A DNA stretch of 64,000 bases from Candidatus Aminicenantes bacterium (lineage in GTDB: Bacteria; Acidobacteriota; Aminicenantia; JAMOAD01): assembly GCA_027067555.1 (NCBI GenBank), contig JAMOVU010000177.1:2996-66995 (forward strand), read 5' to 3'. The notes under the pieces were generated by a model, which was given only the letters and a program-made list of their open reading frames with translations, made no database searches and was not told where the DNA came from. Positions 9,847-19,232 of this stretch are shown here, piece by piece; positions within the stretch are counted from its first letter, which is position 1, and each line of letters begins with the position of its first letter. The translations under genes were made by a program, and so were the position numbers.

Positions 9847-10815
9847 CTATTTTTTATATATTTTTACGGATTTTTTTAAAATTTCATAGATTTTTTTTCT
9901 TAAAATTGTAGGCTCAATTACCTCAACTTCATTTCCGAATCTCAAAACCTCTCTGATTAACTCATAATTAAAGGTTGATTTAAAGCTTACAATAATTTCA
10001 TCAGAATCCAACTTTTCACACTTTTGTTCCGGATGGAAGATAAGAGTTTCAATAAGATGGGATATGGATTTTGAAAATCTTAACTTTACTTCAAAAAGCT
10101 CTTTTCTTTTATCTGTTAGGTAAATTCCAAAGGATTGGTTGAGAATCTCCTTTATTCTTTTTTCTGAAAAATGATATTCTCCATCAGATTCTAAGACTTT
10201 TGGGTTAAAAATTCTTGAGACAGCATAGGTCCTCAATTGTGAATTTTTTTCGGCTAAAAGATACCAGTTTCCCATGTAATAAATCAGATGCAATGGAGTT
10301 ATTGTGCTTTCTGTTATATTGTCTTTATCAGCAAATACAGAGTAATAATTTATTTTCATTTTTTTGTTTTCGATTATAGCTTTAGCTATTGTTTCAAGTG
10401 CTCCCTCTTTGTTCTTATGAAGTCTTATACCTTTGTATGATACAGAATTGCTTATCTTTTCGAATTCTTCTTCGGAAAAGGAGGTGATTTTCTTTAAAAA
10501 AGCTTTTAATGTTTTTTTTAATTTTTCATCTCTGATTAATTCCTTTAAAATAGCAAAAAGCAAAAGTTCCTCGTTTGATGCCCAGAAAAGTGGTAATTCA
10601 TAATTTTTATCTGCTTCGTCAAAATAGTATCCCTTTCTAACTCTGTCGTATTTTAGAGGTACTTGCAATCTATCTCTCATAAAATCAAGATCTCTTTGCG
10701 CTGTTGATCTTGAAACTTCAAAGTATTCCTGAATATCTGTTGCATTCGGGAATTTCCCATTTTTTACCTCTTCAATAAACCACACAAATCTCTCAAAAGC
10801 TAATTTTTTTGACAT
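9847..10815 (-). CDS. WYL-domain transcriptional regulator (N-terminal wHTH, WYL, WCX)
   Basis: FEVSRSTAQRDLDFMRDRL HTH; TITPLHLIYYMGNWYLLA...RTYAVSRI WYL core; LRFGNEVEVIEP WCX tail. Confidence 0.92.
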   Translation of the reverse strand: MSKKLAFERFVWFIEEVKNGKFPNATDIQEYFEVSRSTAQRDLDFMRDRLQVPLKYDRVRKGYYFDEADKNYELPLFWASNEELLLFAILKELIRDEKLKKTLKAFLKKITSFSEEEFEKISNSVSYKGIRLHKNKEGALETIAKAIIENKKMKINYYSVFADKDNITESTITPLHLIYYMGNWYLLAEKNSQLRTYAVSRIFNPKVLESDGEYHFSEKRIKEILNQSFGIYLTDKRKELFEVKLRFSKSISHLIETLIFHPEQKCEKLDSDEIIVSFKSTFNYELIREVLRFGNEVEVIEPTILRKKIYEILKKSVKIYKK

Positions 10816-10972
10816 ATTTTTTTTATAACAGAAATAAGAAGTTTTTACAATTTTTTCTCCATAGGATAAGCTGAGATAAAGATATTTTGTACAAGACACA
10901 AGAAGCTGAAGAGCAAAAAGCCTCCAAGCTTCAAAGCTAATTTTGTCTTTGTGTTTTGTCCTGAAATGGCGT

Positions 10973-11467
10973 TCAGTACTGAACCTTATCCTCTTTTTCT
11001 ATCCACTTGTTAAACAAAGCTTTGCACTCTATGTTTTCTTTAATTTTTATTTTTTTTAATCTCTTTTCCCTGTCATTACCTGATATTGCTTCGTATATAT
11101 AATTATCATCAAACCCTATCTCAGCTGCTTCCTCTCTTGTGCATATATAGTATAGTCTTTTTATTTTTGCCCAATATATTGCAGAAAGGCACATAGGGCA
11201 CGGCTCACATGTTGAGTATATTTCACAATCGGAAAGGTCAAATCTTTTTAGCTTTTTACTTGCTTTCCTTATGGCAACTATTTCCGCATGGGCTGTGGGA
11301 TCATTAGTTTTTAATACTTCATTGTGACCTCTGGATATTATCTTTCCATTTTTTACTATAACAGCTCCGAATGGCCCCCCTTCTCCCTTCTCCATTCCTT
11401 TCTTAGCCTCTTCAAGGGCTATTTTAAAAAAGTAAGATATATTCTTCTTGCTATTCTTCATTATCAA
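10973..11467 (-). CDS. guaD: Zn-dependent nucleoside/guanine deaminase (GuaD-like)
   Basis: GGPFGAVIV, HAEIVAIR, CEPCPMC, YWA...IGFDD. Confidence 0.85.
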   Translation of the reverse strand: MIMKNSKKNISYFFKIALEEAKKGMEKGEGGPFGAVIVKNGKIISRGHNEVLKTNDPTAHAEIVAIRKASKKLKRFDLSDCEIYSTCEPCPMCLSAIYWAKIKRLYYICTREEAAEIGFDDNYIYEAISGNDREKRLKKIKIKENIECKALFNKWIEKEDKVQY

Positions 11468-12620
11468 TGCTTTTTATTAGTTCAAAGACAGCTTTTTCAG
11501 TCTTTTCTACTGTTTTAATGTCAACCCTATCAAGAGTATCAGTGGGCCTGTGCCACTCTCCCAATTCACCTGTTTTTGCAAATGACATAAAGGTTAAAAC
11601 CTTAAATCCGTACTTTCCTCCTATCGCTCCCTCAGTATAAGCCCCCCTGAAACTTGCCTCTTTAAGTTCAAGCTCAGGATTTTTTTCGGATATTTCCTTT
11701 ATTTTCTTAAGTAATTCTTTATCAGATTTTGTTGTAAAAAGAAATGTTTCCTGAGTTATGTAGGTAGGATTTGAATCCAATGTGCCAACTCCGTCAACTG
11801 CAATCCAGTAGCAATCTTTTAATTCTTCTTGATACTCCTTTGCTAAAGCATCAGCACCATAACACCCGACCTCTTCGCACCCACTGTTTACAAGCCATAC
11901 TTCCGTTTGATTTAAAGGATTTTCTCTAATCTTTTGAGCAAGAGAAAGAATAATGGAGGCGCCAGTGGCATTATCATTGGCTCCGGGAGAGTACTCGGTA
12001 AAATCAGCCTGAATTGTTAAGATAAAAATCAAGAGTAAGAATAATGAAGGGATGAGTGAAAACCATTTGAAAAAAATTATCTGTTTAAATATGGACAACG
12101 TGTAGATAATTAAAAGTAGAAGACTTGAAGAAAAACCAAGAGGTACGAGTTTTTGAAAAAATTTTGTTCTTCCGGCGGTAGAGAAGATAAAAGGGCTTCT
12201 GTGGGTATCTATATGTCCCAAAACGACTACTTTATTTCTTATTTCTCCGTTTGGTTTTATCTTGCAAATAATATTTTGACTCTCTCCTTTGGGAAGGAAG
12301 GTACGAAATAGATTATTTCTAAAAGAAAGTTCCATTATTATTGAGATAATTGACATCAATGATAGTACACTTATTAAAATTAATAAAGTTTTATTTTCAG
12401 TTGCTAAATAGATAGTTTCCGAGAGCACAAAAGAAAAAGAGAAAACAGCGTAGGGATACCACGCAGAAACTGCGCTCTTAAATTTTTGGATTACCGGTTT
12501 ACATCCTAAAGTTTCAAAAATTCTTTTTGAATACTCGGCAGCTTCTTTTTCTTTTTCGGTTGTTGAACCTCTTGGTCCTATTTTCTCTGAAAAGTATGTC
12601 AAATGCTCTTTAAGACTCAT
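11451..12620 (-). CDS. M28-family metallopeptidase with inserted transmembrane segments
   Basis: LGHIDT, GANDNATG, GCEEVG, WHRPTD metal ligands; two hydrophobic hairpins. Confidence 0.8.
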   Translation of the reverse strand: MSLKEHLTYFSEKIGPRGSTTEKEKEAAEYSKRIFETLGCKPVIQKFKSAVSAWYPYAVFSFSFVLSETIYLATENKTLLILISVLSLMSIISIIMELSFRNNLFRTFLPKGESQNIICKIKPNGEIRNKVVVLGHIDTHRSPFIFSTAGRTKFFQKLVPLGFSSSLLLLIIYTLSIFKQIIFFKWFSLIPSLFLLLIFILTIQADFTEYSPGANDNATGASIILSLAQKIRENPLNQTEVWLVNSGCEEVGCYGADALAKEYQEELKDCYWIAVDGVGTLDSNPTYITQETFLFTTKSDKELLKKIKEISEKNPELELKEASFRGAYTEGAIGGKYGFKVLTFMSFAKTGELGEWHRPTDTLDRVDIKTVEKTEKAVFELIKSIDNEE

Positions 12621-12709
12621 AGCTATCTCCTTAAAGTTTAATTAATAATATTATCACCTAAGTTATTTTGAGACAATAACGGAGGAATGAAAAGTTTTTT
12701 AAGAAATTC

Positions 12710-15364
12710 TTAGATCCCCCATCTATAGCTTATTTTTGCTAAAAATATATTTGAACCCTTTGCATTTATAAGCTCATTGAGTTCGCTTGAAAGATCAAGT
12801 GTTGTGACATTTGAAAAACTGCTTCTGTTTTGAGTCCATACAAGATAAAAGTTTGAGCCTGTTTTGAACTCCCACTTTAACACAGCTGTTCCTCTTATGG
12901 ATTTGTAGTTAAAATCTGGGTTGTAAAGATAAAAAGCTTTTGCAGGACCTTTTCCGTCAGGGTCAATTTTGTAAAGATTATTATTAAATTCAATAGTTGA
13001 ACCATTTTCTCCGTAAACATTAAAATCATAAGTTTTAGGAGCATTTAACTCTTTGAACTCGTAAAAGTCACCTATGGCAATAAAAGGCTGCATAAATAGA
13101 GTGAAGCTGAGCTTTGGAGAAAAGGTCCAGTTTAATCTTATGTTTAAAGAGTAAATTTGCTGATCTATTGAGGAAAATATGTATCTTTTACCGAATGTTT
13201 TACTCATTAATGGATCATCGATATTATTTACCCATTGGGATTTGTTTGTCCCTATCGTAATTCTCGGGCCAATGGAAAGATTTAATGTTGATTTTGGTTT
13301 TATCCCCAAATATGAACCTACTGAGTAAGTCTTTCCACCATCTTCTGATTTCATTAGATTTGAAAAAATGGATATTGTTACTGGTTTTCTTCTGTCGGAA
13401 TAGATACTAAACTCCGAAAATTCCCCACGGGGAGTTTGCATCAAGGGGCCTCCTCTTGTTGCTGTTTTTGAAAGCCCTCTGTCGGAAAGTCCCAACATAA
13501 TATGGATTCCCCAGTAATTTAAAAATGTTCCTTCAAACATTCCTATATATAGTTTACTCAGTGTATTTCCACCAAAATCAAAGTTCCTTTGTAAGCCGCC
13601 GGCTGCAAGCCAGAATCTGAATATTTTTCCGGGTTTATAATATTGATAACCGGGAAAAATGTGAAGATTGATTATATCGCTTTCTCTCTGAAATCCGAGA
13701 TCAGTTACATCAAAACTCGGAGAGATAAAACCAATATTTGAAAAAAATAGCCAGTTTCCCTTTTCTTTATTTAAGATTAACCTACCGGCATAACCCGAAA
13801 GACTTGTGGCATCAGGGTTAAGGTTAAGATAATCCGCATCAGGCCTTTGAAAATAGTGTTGAGGGGATAGCTGAACATCATAAATTCTTTCAGGTGTTCC
13901 ATAGATTTTTGTTGCTCCAAGCCATCCGGAAGCGACCCATTTTTGGTCTTTACCGAAAAAATTCCATCCGTCTATTCCTATTGCCAGAGCCTTTTCATTT
14001 AAAATTGAAGAAAGTTCATTATTATCAAAATCCCTTAAAACTCCTGTTCCGATAAATCCGATTCCTCTTTTGCCTTTGTTAAATTCTTTTTGGATTCTTA
14101 CTATACTGTAAAAGCTCAAAGGCTCAACTTCTGCACTTCCTTCTACACCATCACTAAATGTTTGGGCGTATTCTCTTGAGGTTAAAGCTGAAATAACACC
14201 TATATTCCAGTTATTCCCGATTTTACCTGTTAGTTTTGCTGCTCCCAAGATTGTGGTTCTGTCAGGATACTTTGCGTATTGAGCATTTGCGTATCCTTGA
14301 GGTGGTCTTCCTATTCTTCTGCTGTAAAAAAATTGGGGAGGTGTCCAGTTAACATTAATATTCATATTAACTCCACCATGTCCGAAATTAAAAATACCTG
14401 CTCCTTCTATGAAAAAAGGCCTTTTTTCTTCAAAATAGGTTTCATAAGCAGTTAGATTCATTACAGCAGGGTCAACTTCTACCTGTCCGAAATCCGGGTT
14501 AAAGCTAAGATTTAATTTTAAATTGCTTTTAAGATTAATTTTAGCATCAAGTCCGATATTCCCTGAAAAATCCTTTCCACTTTTAAAGGGATTACCTTCC
14601 TCTTCAGGGTATAAATTTGCTTGTCCCACTATATAGGGTAATAATTCAGTATAAATTCCGGGCTTAATATCACTTATTCCCACCAATTTAGCAAAGTGTG
14701 ATACATATCCCTTATCATTTCTTGGTATCCAAACAAATGAAACTTTTTCATTTTTTCTCTTTATAACTCTTTCAAAATTAACTCCCCAAACCTGTTCCTT
14801 TTTGTCTGATTTAAAGTTTAATTGATTAAAGGGTATTTTAATTTCAACTGTCCATCCATCCTTGTTTATCTTAACTGCTGATTCCCACACACAATCCCAG
14901 CTATCATCCCTGTTAGAATCATTATAAAGTGCTCCATCAAGGACTGAATTCGTGGGATTTACCTTAAAGAGATAACCGGATCTTCTATCAAAGTAGGGGT
15001 CAATTGCAAATATGAATTGATCAGCTTCAGGATCACTATCTCTTACTCCAAACCTTTTTACAATTTTATCCGGCTCCGAATCATAAAGCTTTGCGGCAAC
15101 ATAAAGGTTCTTTTTATCATAAGCCACCCAAACAACTGTTCTTTCTGTGGGTTTCCCTCCATCAACCGGCATTAATTGAATAAAATCATCTCTTCCTCTA
15201 TTTTTCCACACTTTTTCATTTAAAATGCCATCGATTTTTATTTTTTCATAAGTACGATAAGCTTTTATTGTTTTGTTCTTTCTTGGGTCAACCTTTTCTG
15301 AAAATGCATAATTGAAAAATATTAGTGCAAGAGTTAGTATAAAAGCAATTTTTTTTAAATTCAT
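12710..15364 (-). CDS. Secreted/outer-membrane protein, CBM9-like N-terminus plus DUF5916
   Basis: Signal peptide; IKIDGILNEKVW; GWTVEIKIPF; NPDFGQVEVDPAVMNLT...FEEKRPFF; C-terminal Trp/aromatic beta-barrel-like end. Confidence 0.8.
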   Translation of the reverse strand: MNLKKIAFILTLALIFFNYAFSEKVDPRKNKTIKAYRTYEKIKIDGILNEKVWKNRGRDDFIQLMPVDGGKPTERTVVWVAYDKKNLYVAAKLYDSEPDKIVKRFGVRDSDPEADQFIFAIDPYFDRRSGYLFKVNPTNSVLDGALYNDSNRDDSWDCVWESAVKINKDGWTVEIKIPFNQLNFKSDKKEQVWGVNFERVIKRKNEKVSFVWIPRNDKGYVSHFAKLVGISDIKPGIYTELLPYIVGQANLYPEEEGNPFKSGKDFSGNIGLDAKINLKSNLKLNLSFNPDFGQVEVDPAVMNLTAYETYFEEKRPFFIEGAGIFNFGHGGVNMNINVNWTPPQFFYSRRIGRPPQGYANAQYAKYPDRTTILGAAKLTGKIGNNWNIGVISALTSREYAQTFSDGVEGSAEVEPLSFYSIVRIQKEFNKGKRGIGFIGTGVLRDFDNNELSSILNEKALAIGIDGWNFFGKDQKWVASGWLGATKIYGTPERIYDVQLSPQHYFQRPDADYLNLNPDATSLSGYAGRLILNKEKGNWLFFSNIGFISPSFDVTDLGFQRESDIINLHIFPGYQYYKPGKIFRFWLAAGGLQRNFDFGGNTLSKLYIGMFEGTFLNYWGIHIMLGLSDRGLSKTATRGGPLMQTPRGEFSEFSIYSDRRKPVTISIFSNLMKSEDGGKTYSVGSYLGIKPKSTLNLSIGPRITIGTNKSQWVNNIDDPLMSKTFGKRYIFSSIDQQIYSLNIRLNWTFSPKLSFTLFMQPFIAIGDFYEFKELNAPKTYDFNVYGENGSTIEFNNNLYKIDPDGKGPAKAFYLYNPDFNYKSIRGTAVLKWEFKTGSNFYLVWTQNRSSFSNVTTLDLSSELNELINAKGSNIFLAKISYRWGI

Positions 15365-15444
15365 AATTCCTCCTGAAAATTAAAGTTAGTAAAGGTATTA
15401 CGGATAAACGCTATTTTTGTTCCGTTTTGCTTAAGTTTTGAGAA

Positions 15445-16326
15445 TTATCTGGGCTTTACTTTATTATATTCATCAATAAGCTGTTTTAAATTAAGATGTG
15501 TGTATCTTTGTGTTGTGTTAAGTGATGCATGTCCTAAAAGTTCCTGAATTGTTCTGAGATCTGCTCCCATTGAAAGCAGATGAGTTGCAAATGAGTGTCT
15601 TAATGAGTGAGGGGTAATGTCTTTAGTGAGGCCTTTTACCAAAAGATGCTTTTTAAGCATCATTTGAATATACCTTTGAGAGAGCCTTTTCCCGAATCTG
15701 TTTATAAAAACCGCCGAAGTTTTTGGTCTTTTCTCCTCTCTGTTTCTAAGATATTCTTTTACCTTTGCCTTTGCAATATCTCCGAAAGGTACTATTCTCT
15801 CTTTTTTCCCTTTCCCCTTTACTCTTATAAGCTGTTCTTTGAAGTTAATGTCTTCCAAATTTAAAGAAACAAGTTCTGAAATTCTAATCCCCGTAGCATA
15901 AAGGAGTTCCAAAATGGCATCATCCCTTATTTTAGTAAAATTATCTTTATCTTTCTCTTTTTCCTCCAAAAGTTCATTTACTTCGGTTATTGTCAGGAAT
16001 TTGGGAAGTGGTTTGTCAAGCTTGGGGAGAGGGACTGATTCAGCGGGATTTAATTTGATGATTCTTTCCTTTAAAAGATATTTAAAAAATGATCTTAGTG
16101 CTGAGATTTTTCTTGATATTGATGTCTTTTTTTCTCCCTTTTCAGATAAATACACAATAAATCCTCTGATATCAAGGGGAGAAATATCATCGATTTTTTT
16201 ATCTCCGAGATACTCTGAAAATTGGCTTAAATCCATTCCATAATTTTTTATAGTGTGCTCTGATGAGTTTTTCTCATATTTAAGATAACTTAAAAATTTT
16301 TTTATGTATTCTTTCATTAAAACCAT
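15445..16326 (-). CDS. xerC: Tyrosine recombinase XerC
   Basis: LLYATGIRISEL, TPHSLRHSFATHLL, LLGHASLNTTQRYTH; 293 aa in housekeeping context. Confidence 0.9.
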   Translation of the reverse strand: MVLMKEYIKKFLSYLKYEKNSSEHTIKNYGMDLSQFSEYLGDKKIDDISPLDIRGFIVYLSEKGEKKTSISRKISALRSFFKYLLKERIIKLNPAESVPLPKLDKPLPKFLTITEVNELLEEKEKDKDNFTKIRDDAILELLYATGIRISELVSLNLEDINFKEQLIRVKGKGKKERIVPFGDIAKAKVKEYLRNREEKRPKTSAVFINRFGKRLSQRYIQMMLKKHLLVKGLTKDITPHSLRHSFATHLLSMGADLRTIQELLGHASLNTTQRYTHLNLKQLIDEYNKVKPR

Positions 16327-16943
16327 TCTGTGACAAAAGACTTCAAATGTGAGGTATCATTCAGTTTGTAAAGCACATATCCTCTTTTTTTATCATAAAT
16401 TAGTGTTGACACTGAGGCATTATCAAGATGAAATTTCCAGAAAAAATCATTTTTAAGCCCCACTGCACAGGCAATGAGTGTTTTTAGAACTGATCTGTGT
16501 GAAATTAGAGAAATCTTTTCATATTTCATTGTTTTTATGAATTCAAAAAGATTGCAGACCCTTTTGTAAACATCTCTTATACTTTCTCCATTCGGGAATA
16601 CTATCTTTTCCGGAGTTTCTGTCCAGAGTTTCCACCTTTCAGGATTTTCCTTTTTTATCTTTTCCTTCTCAATTCCGCTCCAGCTCCCGAGATCAAGATT
16701 ATTAAGTCTTTCTTCAATTATAATTTCTTTTTCCGGAAAGATTATCTCTGCTGTTTCAACAGCTCTTATAAGAGGGCTTGAGAAAACAACTTCTATGTTT
16801 ATGGTGTTAAAATAATCTTTTGTGAATTTTGCCTGCTCTCTTCCTGTATCCGAAAGAGGGATATCAAGTCTTCCTCTGAATATTCCCTTTTTGTTTGATT
16901 CTGTCTCTCCATGCCTTATTAAATAAATCTCTTTTTTCCCCAT
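16317..16943 (-). CDS. Histidine phosphatase family protein (PhoE/CobC-like)
   Basis: LIRHGET, SSPLIRAVETA, FPNGES. Confidence 0.9.
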   Translation of the reverse strand: MGKKEIYLIRHGETESNKKGIFRGRLDIPLSDTGREQAKFTKDYFNTINIEVVFSSPLIRAVETAEIIFPEKEIIIEERLNNLDLGSWSGIEKEKIKKENPERWKLWTETPEKIVFPNGESIRDVYKRVCNLFEFIKTMKYEKISLISHRSVLKTLIACAVGLKNDFFWKFHLDNASVSTLIYDKKRGYVLYKLNDTSHLKSFVTEWF

Positions 16944-17039
16944 TTTCCTAAACCTTATCTTATATTATCATAAAACGAAGATAACTTTAATTTGACTTGA
17001 TTATTCAGAATCTTTACTATAGAATTTAAAATATCGGAG

Positions 17040-18311
17040 ATGGATTTGAAAAGTAAAAAAAGTTTAAGAAAAGAAATTGTAGAAAAGTATAAAAACCATG
17101 TGTCATCTTCAAAAGTAAAATTTTACAAAAAATACAGAATGAACTTTATAATGGGCAAAAGAGAGGGAAGCTTTATTTGGGATATTGATGGAGAAAAAAA
17201 GCTTTTAAACCTTCACTGCAATGGTGGGGTTTTTAATTTGGGTCATAGAAACAGAGAGCTTATTGAAATATTAAAAGAATCACTTGAATATTATGATATA
17301 GGGAACCACCATTTGATGAGTAGAGCAAGAGCTGAACTTGCCGAGTACATTGCTTATCTTATGCCGGAAGATCTTGACTATGTTATTTTCGGAGTTAGCG
17401 GAGGAGAGGCGATAGATACTGCTATAAAAATTGCAAGGGGTTATACTGGAAGAAAGAAAATAATCTCAGCTAAAGGTGGTTATCATGGTCATACAGGCCT
17501 TGCACTTGCCGCTGGCGATCCAAAGTATAGAGAGCCATTTTATTCATCATCATCTGATTTTGTCCAGATAGAATTTAATAATATAAAAGCCTTGGAAGAG
17601 AATATTGATAGAAGAACAGCAGCCGTTATTTTTGAAACAATTCCTGCGACACTTGGTATGCCAATAGCTGACAAAGATTATTTTAGAACAGTGAAAAGAA
17701 TTTGTGAGAGAAAGGGAGCGCTTTTAATTCTTGATGAAGTGCAATCAGGTCTCGGAAGAACCGGAAAACTCTGGGCTTTTCAGCATTTTAATGTTGTTCC
17801 TGATATTGTTGTTTTGGGGAAGGGGCTTTCAGGTGGACTTTATCCTATAACTGCTACTGTTATAAGAAGAGAGCTTGAAAGAGTATTTAAGAAGGATCCA
17901 TTTATTCATATCTCGACTTTCGGAGGAGCAGAACCGGGAGCTGTTGTTGCAAAAAGAGTGCTTGAAATAGTATCCGATGAGAATTTTTTAAAATCTGTTA
18001 ATAGAAAATCCGAGCTTTTTTCTCTTTATTTTAATGAATTAAAAAGGGTGGAGACAAAATTTGTAAAAGGATTAAGAAGATTGGGATTAATGATGGGGCT
18101 TGAACTTTACGATGAATATTCGGGTCCCGCTCTTACGAAATCCGCATATGATAAAGGTGTTCTCTTGGTCTATGCAAACAATGATAAATCAATAGCTCAA
18201 CTTTTACCTCCTCTTACAATTTCTGAGGATGAGATAAAGCTTGCATTTGAATTGTTAAAAAAAGCGGTTAAAAAAGCTAAGTATTTGAGATATCTTTTAA
18301 AAATCATTTAG
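17040..18311 (+). CDS. Class III PLP-dependent aminotransferase-family enzyme
   Basis: SGGEAID, YHGHT, LILDEVQSGLGRTG, DIVVLGKGLSGG (PLP lysine), STFGG. Confidence 0.93.
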   Translation: MDLKSKKSLRKEIVEKYKNHVSSSKVKFYKKYRMNFIMGKREGSFIWDIDGEKKLLNLHCNGGVFNLGHRNRELIEILKESLEYYDIGNHHLMSRARAELAEYIAYLMPEDLDYVIFGVSGGEAIDTAIKIARGYTGRKKIISAKGGYHGHTGLALAAGDPKYREPFYSSSSDFVQIEFNNIKALEENIDRRTAAVIFETIPATLGMPIADKDYFRTVKRICERKGALLILDEVQSGLGRTGKLWAFQHFNVVPDIVVLGKGLSGGLYPITATVIRRELERVFKKDPFIHISTFGGAEPGAVVAKRVLEIVSDENFLKSVNRKSELFSLYFNELKRVETKFVKGLRRLGLMMGLELYDEYSGPALTKSAYDKGVLLVYANNDKSIAQLLPPLTISEDEIKLAFELLKKAVKKAKYLRYLLKII

Positions 18312-18321
18312 AGGTGTTTTT

Positions 18322-19230
18322 ATGGAAAGGCTTGAAGTGTTGAGAGAATTTGAAAAAAATTTGGTCCCTCACAACCCTGAAAATTCAGGAATAAAACCTG
18401 AGATAATAGGCTATGGTGAAATATCCACAATATTTAAGATTCCGGAGTTAGAAGGTTTTGCATTTAAAAGATTACCACTTTTCAAAAGTACGGAAGAAGC
18501 TTCGAATTATGCCGAAAAATACAAAAAATATTGTGGTTTTTTAAAAGAAGCCGGAATAAAACTTCCGGATGATGAAACATTTATTGTTGATATCGGAAGA
18601 ATTCCCGTATCCCTTTATATTGCTCAAAAGGAGCTTCCTTCAAATTCAATAGGCAATAAGATTATTTCGGATATGAAAAAAGAAGCAATAAAGGAATTTT
18701 TCGAAAGAATAGTTTTTGAAACAAAAAAAGTATGGGATTTTAATAAGAAAAACAGAGAAAAGGTGGAACTTTCAATAGACGGTCAGCTTTCAAACTGGGC
18801 ATTGGTGGACAATGATATTTATTTTATTGATACAAGCACTCCACTTTTCAGATTAAATGGTGTTGAGCAGATGAATCCTGAACCCCTTTTGAAAAGTGCC
18901 CCCGGGTTTTTAAGATGGATTTTAAAACTCTTTTTTCTTGATGATGTGATGAACAGATATTATGATGAAAGATTGGTTTACATTGATTTTATTGCGAATC
19001 TTTACAAAGAGAAGATGGAAGAGCTTATTCCCATGACAATTGAGATAATAAATTCCAATTTATCGGAAAATATTGAAAAAATTAAAAGAGAAGATGTGGA
19101 TAAATACTATAAAGAGGATAAGATGATATGGACACTTTTTCTCTCTTTCAGACGATTCGACAGATTTTTGAAAACAAAAGTTTTTGGGAAAAGGTATGAA
19201 TTTATTCTTCCCGGAAAAATAGAGAGGTGA
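18322..19230 (+). CDS. Uncharacterized protein (recalled as DUF6206-like) with protein-kinase-like motifs
   Basis: GYGEIS Gly loop, AFKR, IDGQLSNW (DxxxxN), YFIDT. Confidence 0.65.
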   Translation: MERLEVLREFEKNLVPHNPENSGIKPEIIGYGEISTIFKIPELEGFAFKRLPLFKSTEEASNYAEKYKKYCGFLKEAGIKLPDDETFIVDIGRIPVSLYIAQKELPSNSIGNKIISDMKKEAIKEFFERIVFETKKVWDFNKKNREKVELSIDGQLSNWALVDNDIYFIDTSTPLFRLNGVEQMNPEPLLKSAPGFLRWILKLFFLDDVMNRYYDERLVYIDFIANLYKEKMEELIPMTIEIINSNLSENIEKIKREDVDKYYKEDKMIWTLFLSFRRFDRFLKTKVFGKRYEFILPGKIER

Positions 19231-19232
19231 AA

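Noticed and set aside
10890-10952. Imperfect hairpin between the deaminase and WYL genes as a purine riboswitch or sRNA
   Set aside because: It lies downstream of the deaminase, lacks purine-riboswitch consensus, and with its U-rich minus-strand tail is better explained as a weak terminator
15445-16326. Tyrosine recombinase as a phage or island integrase
   Set aside because: Size, motifs and context fit chromosomal XerC; no N-terminal arm-binding domain, att site or mobile genes nearby
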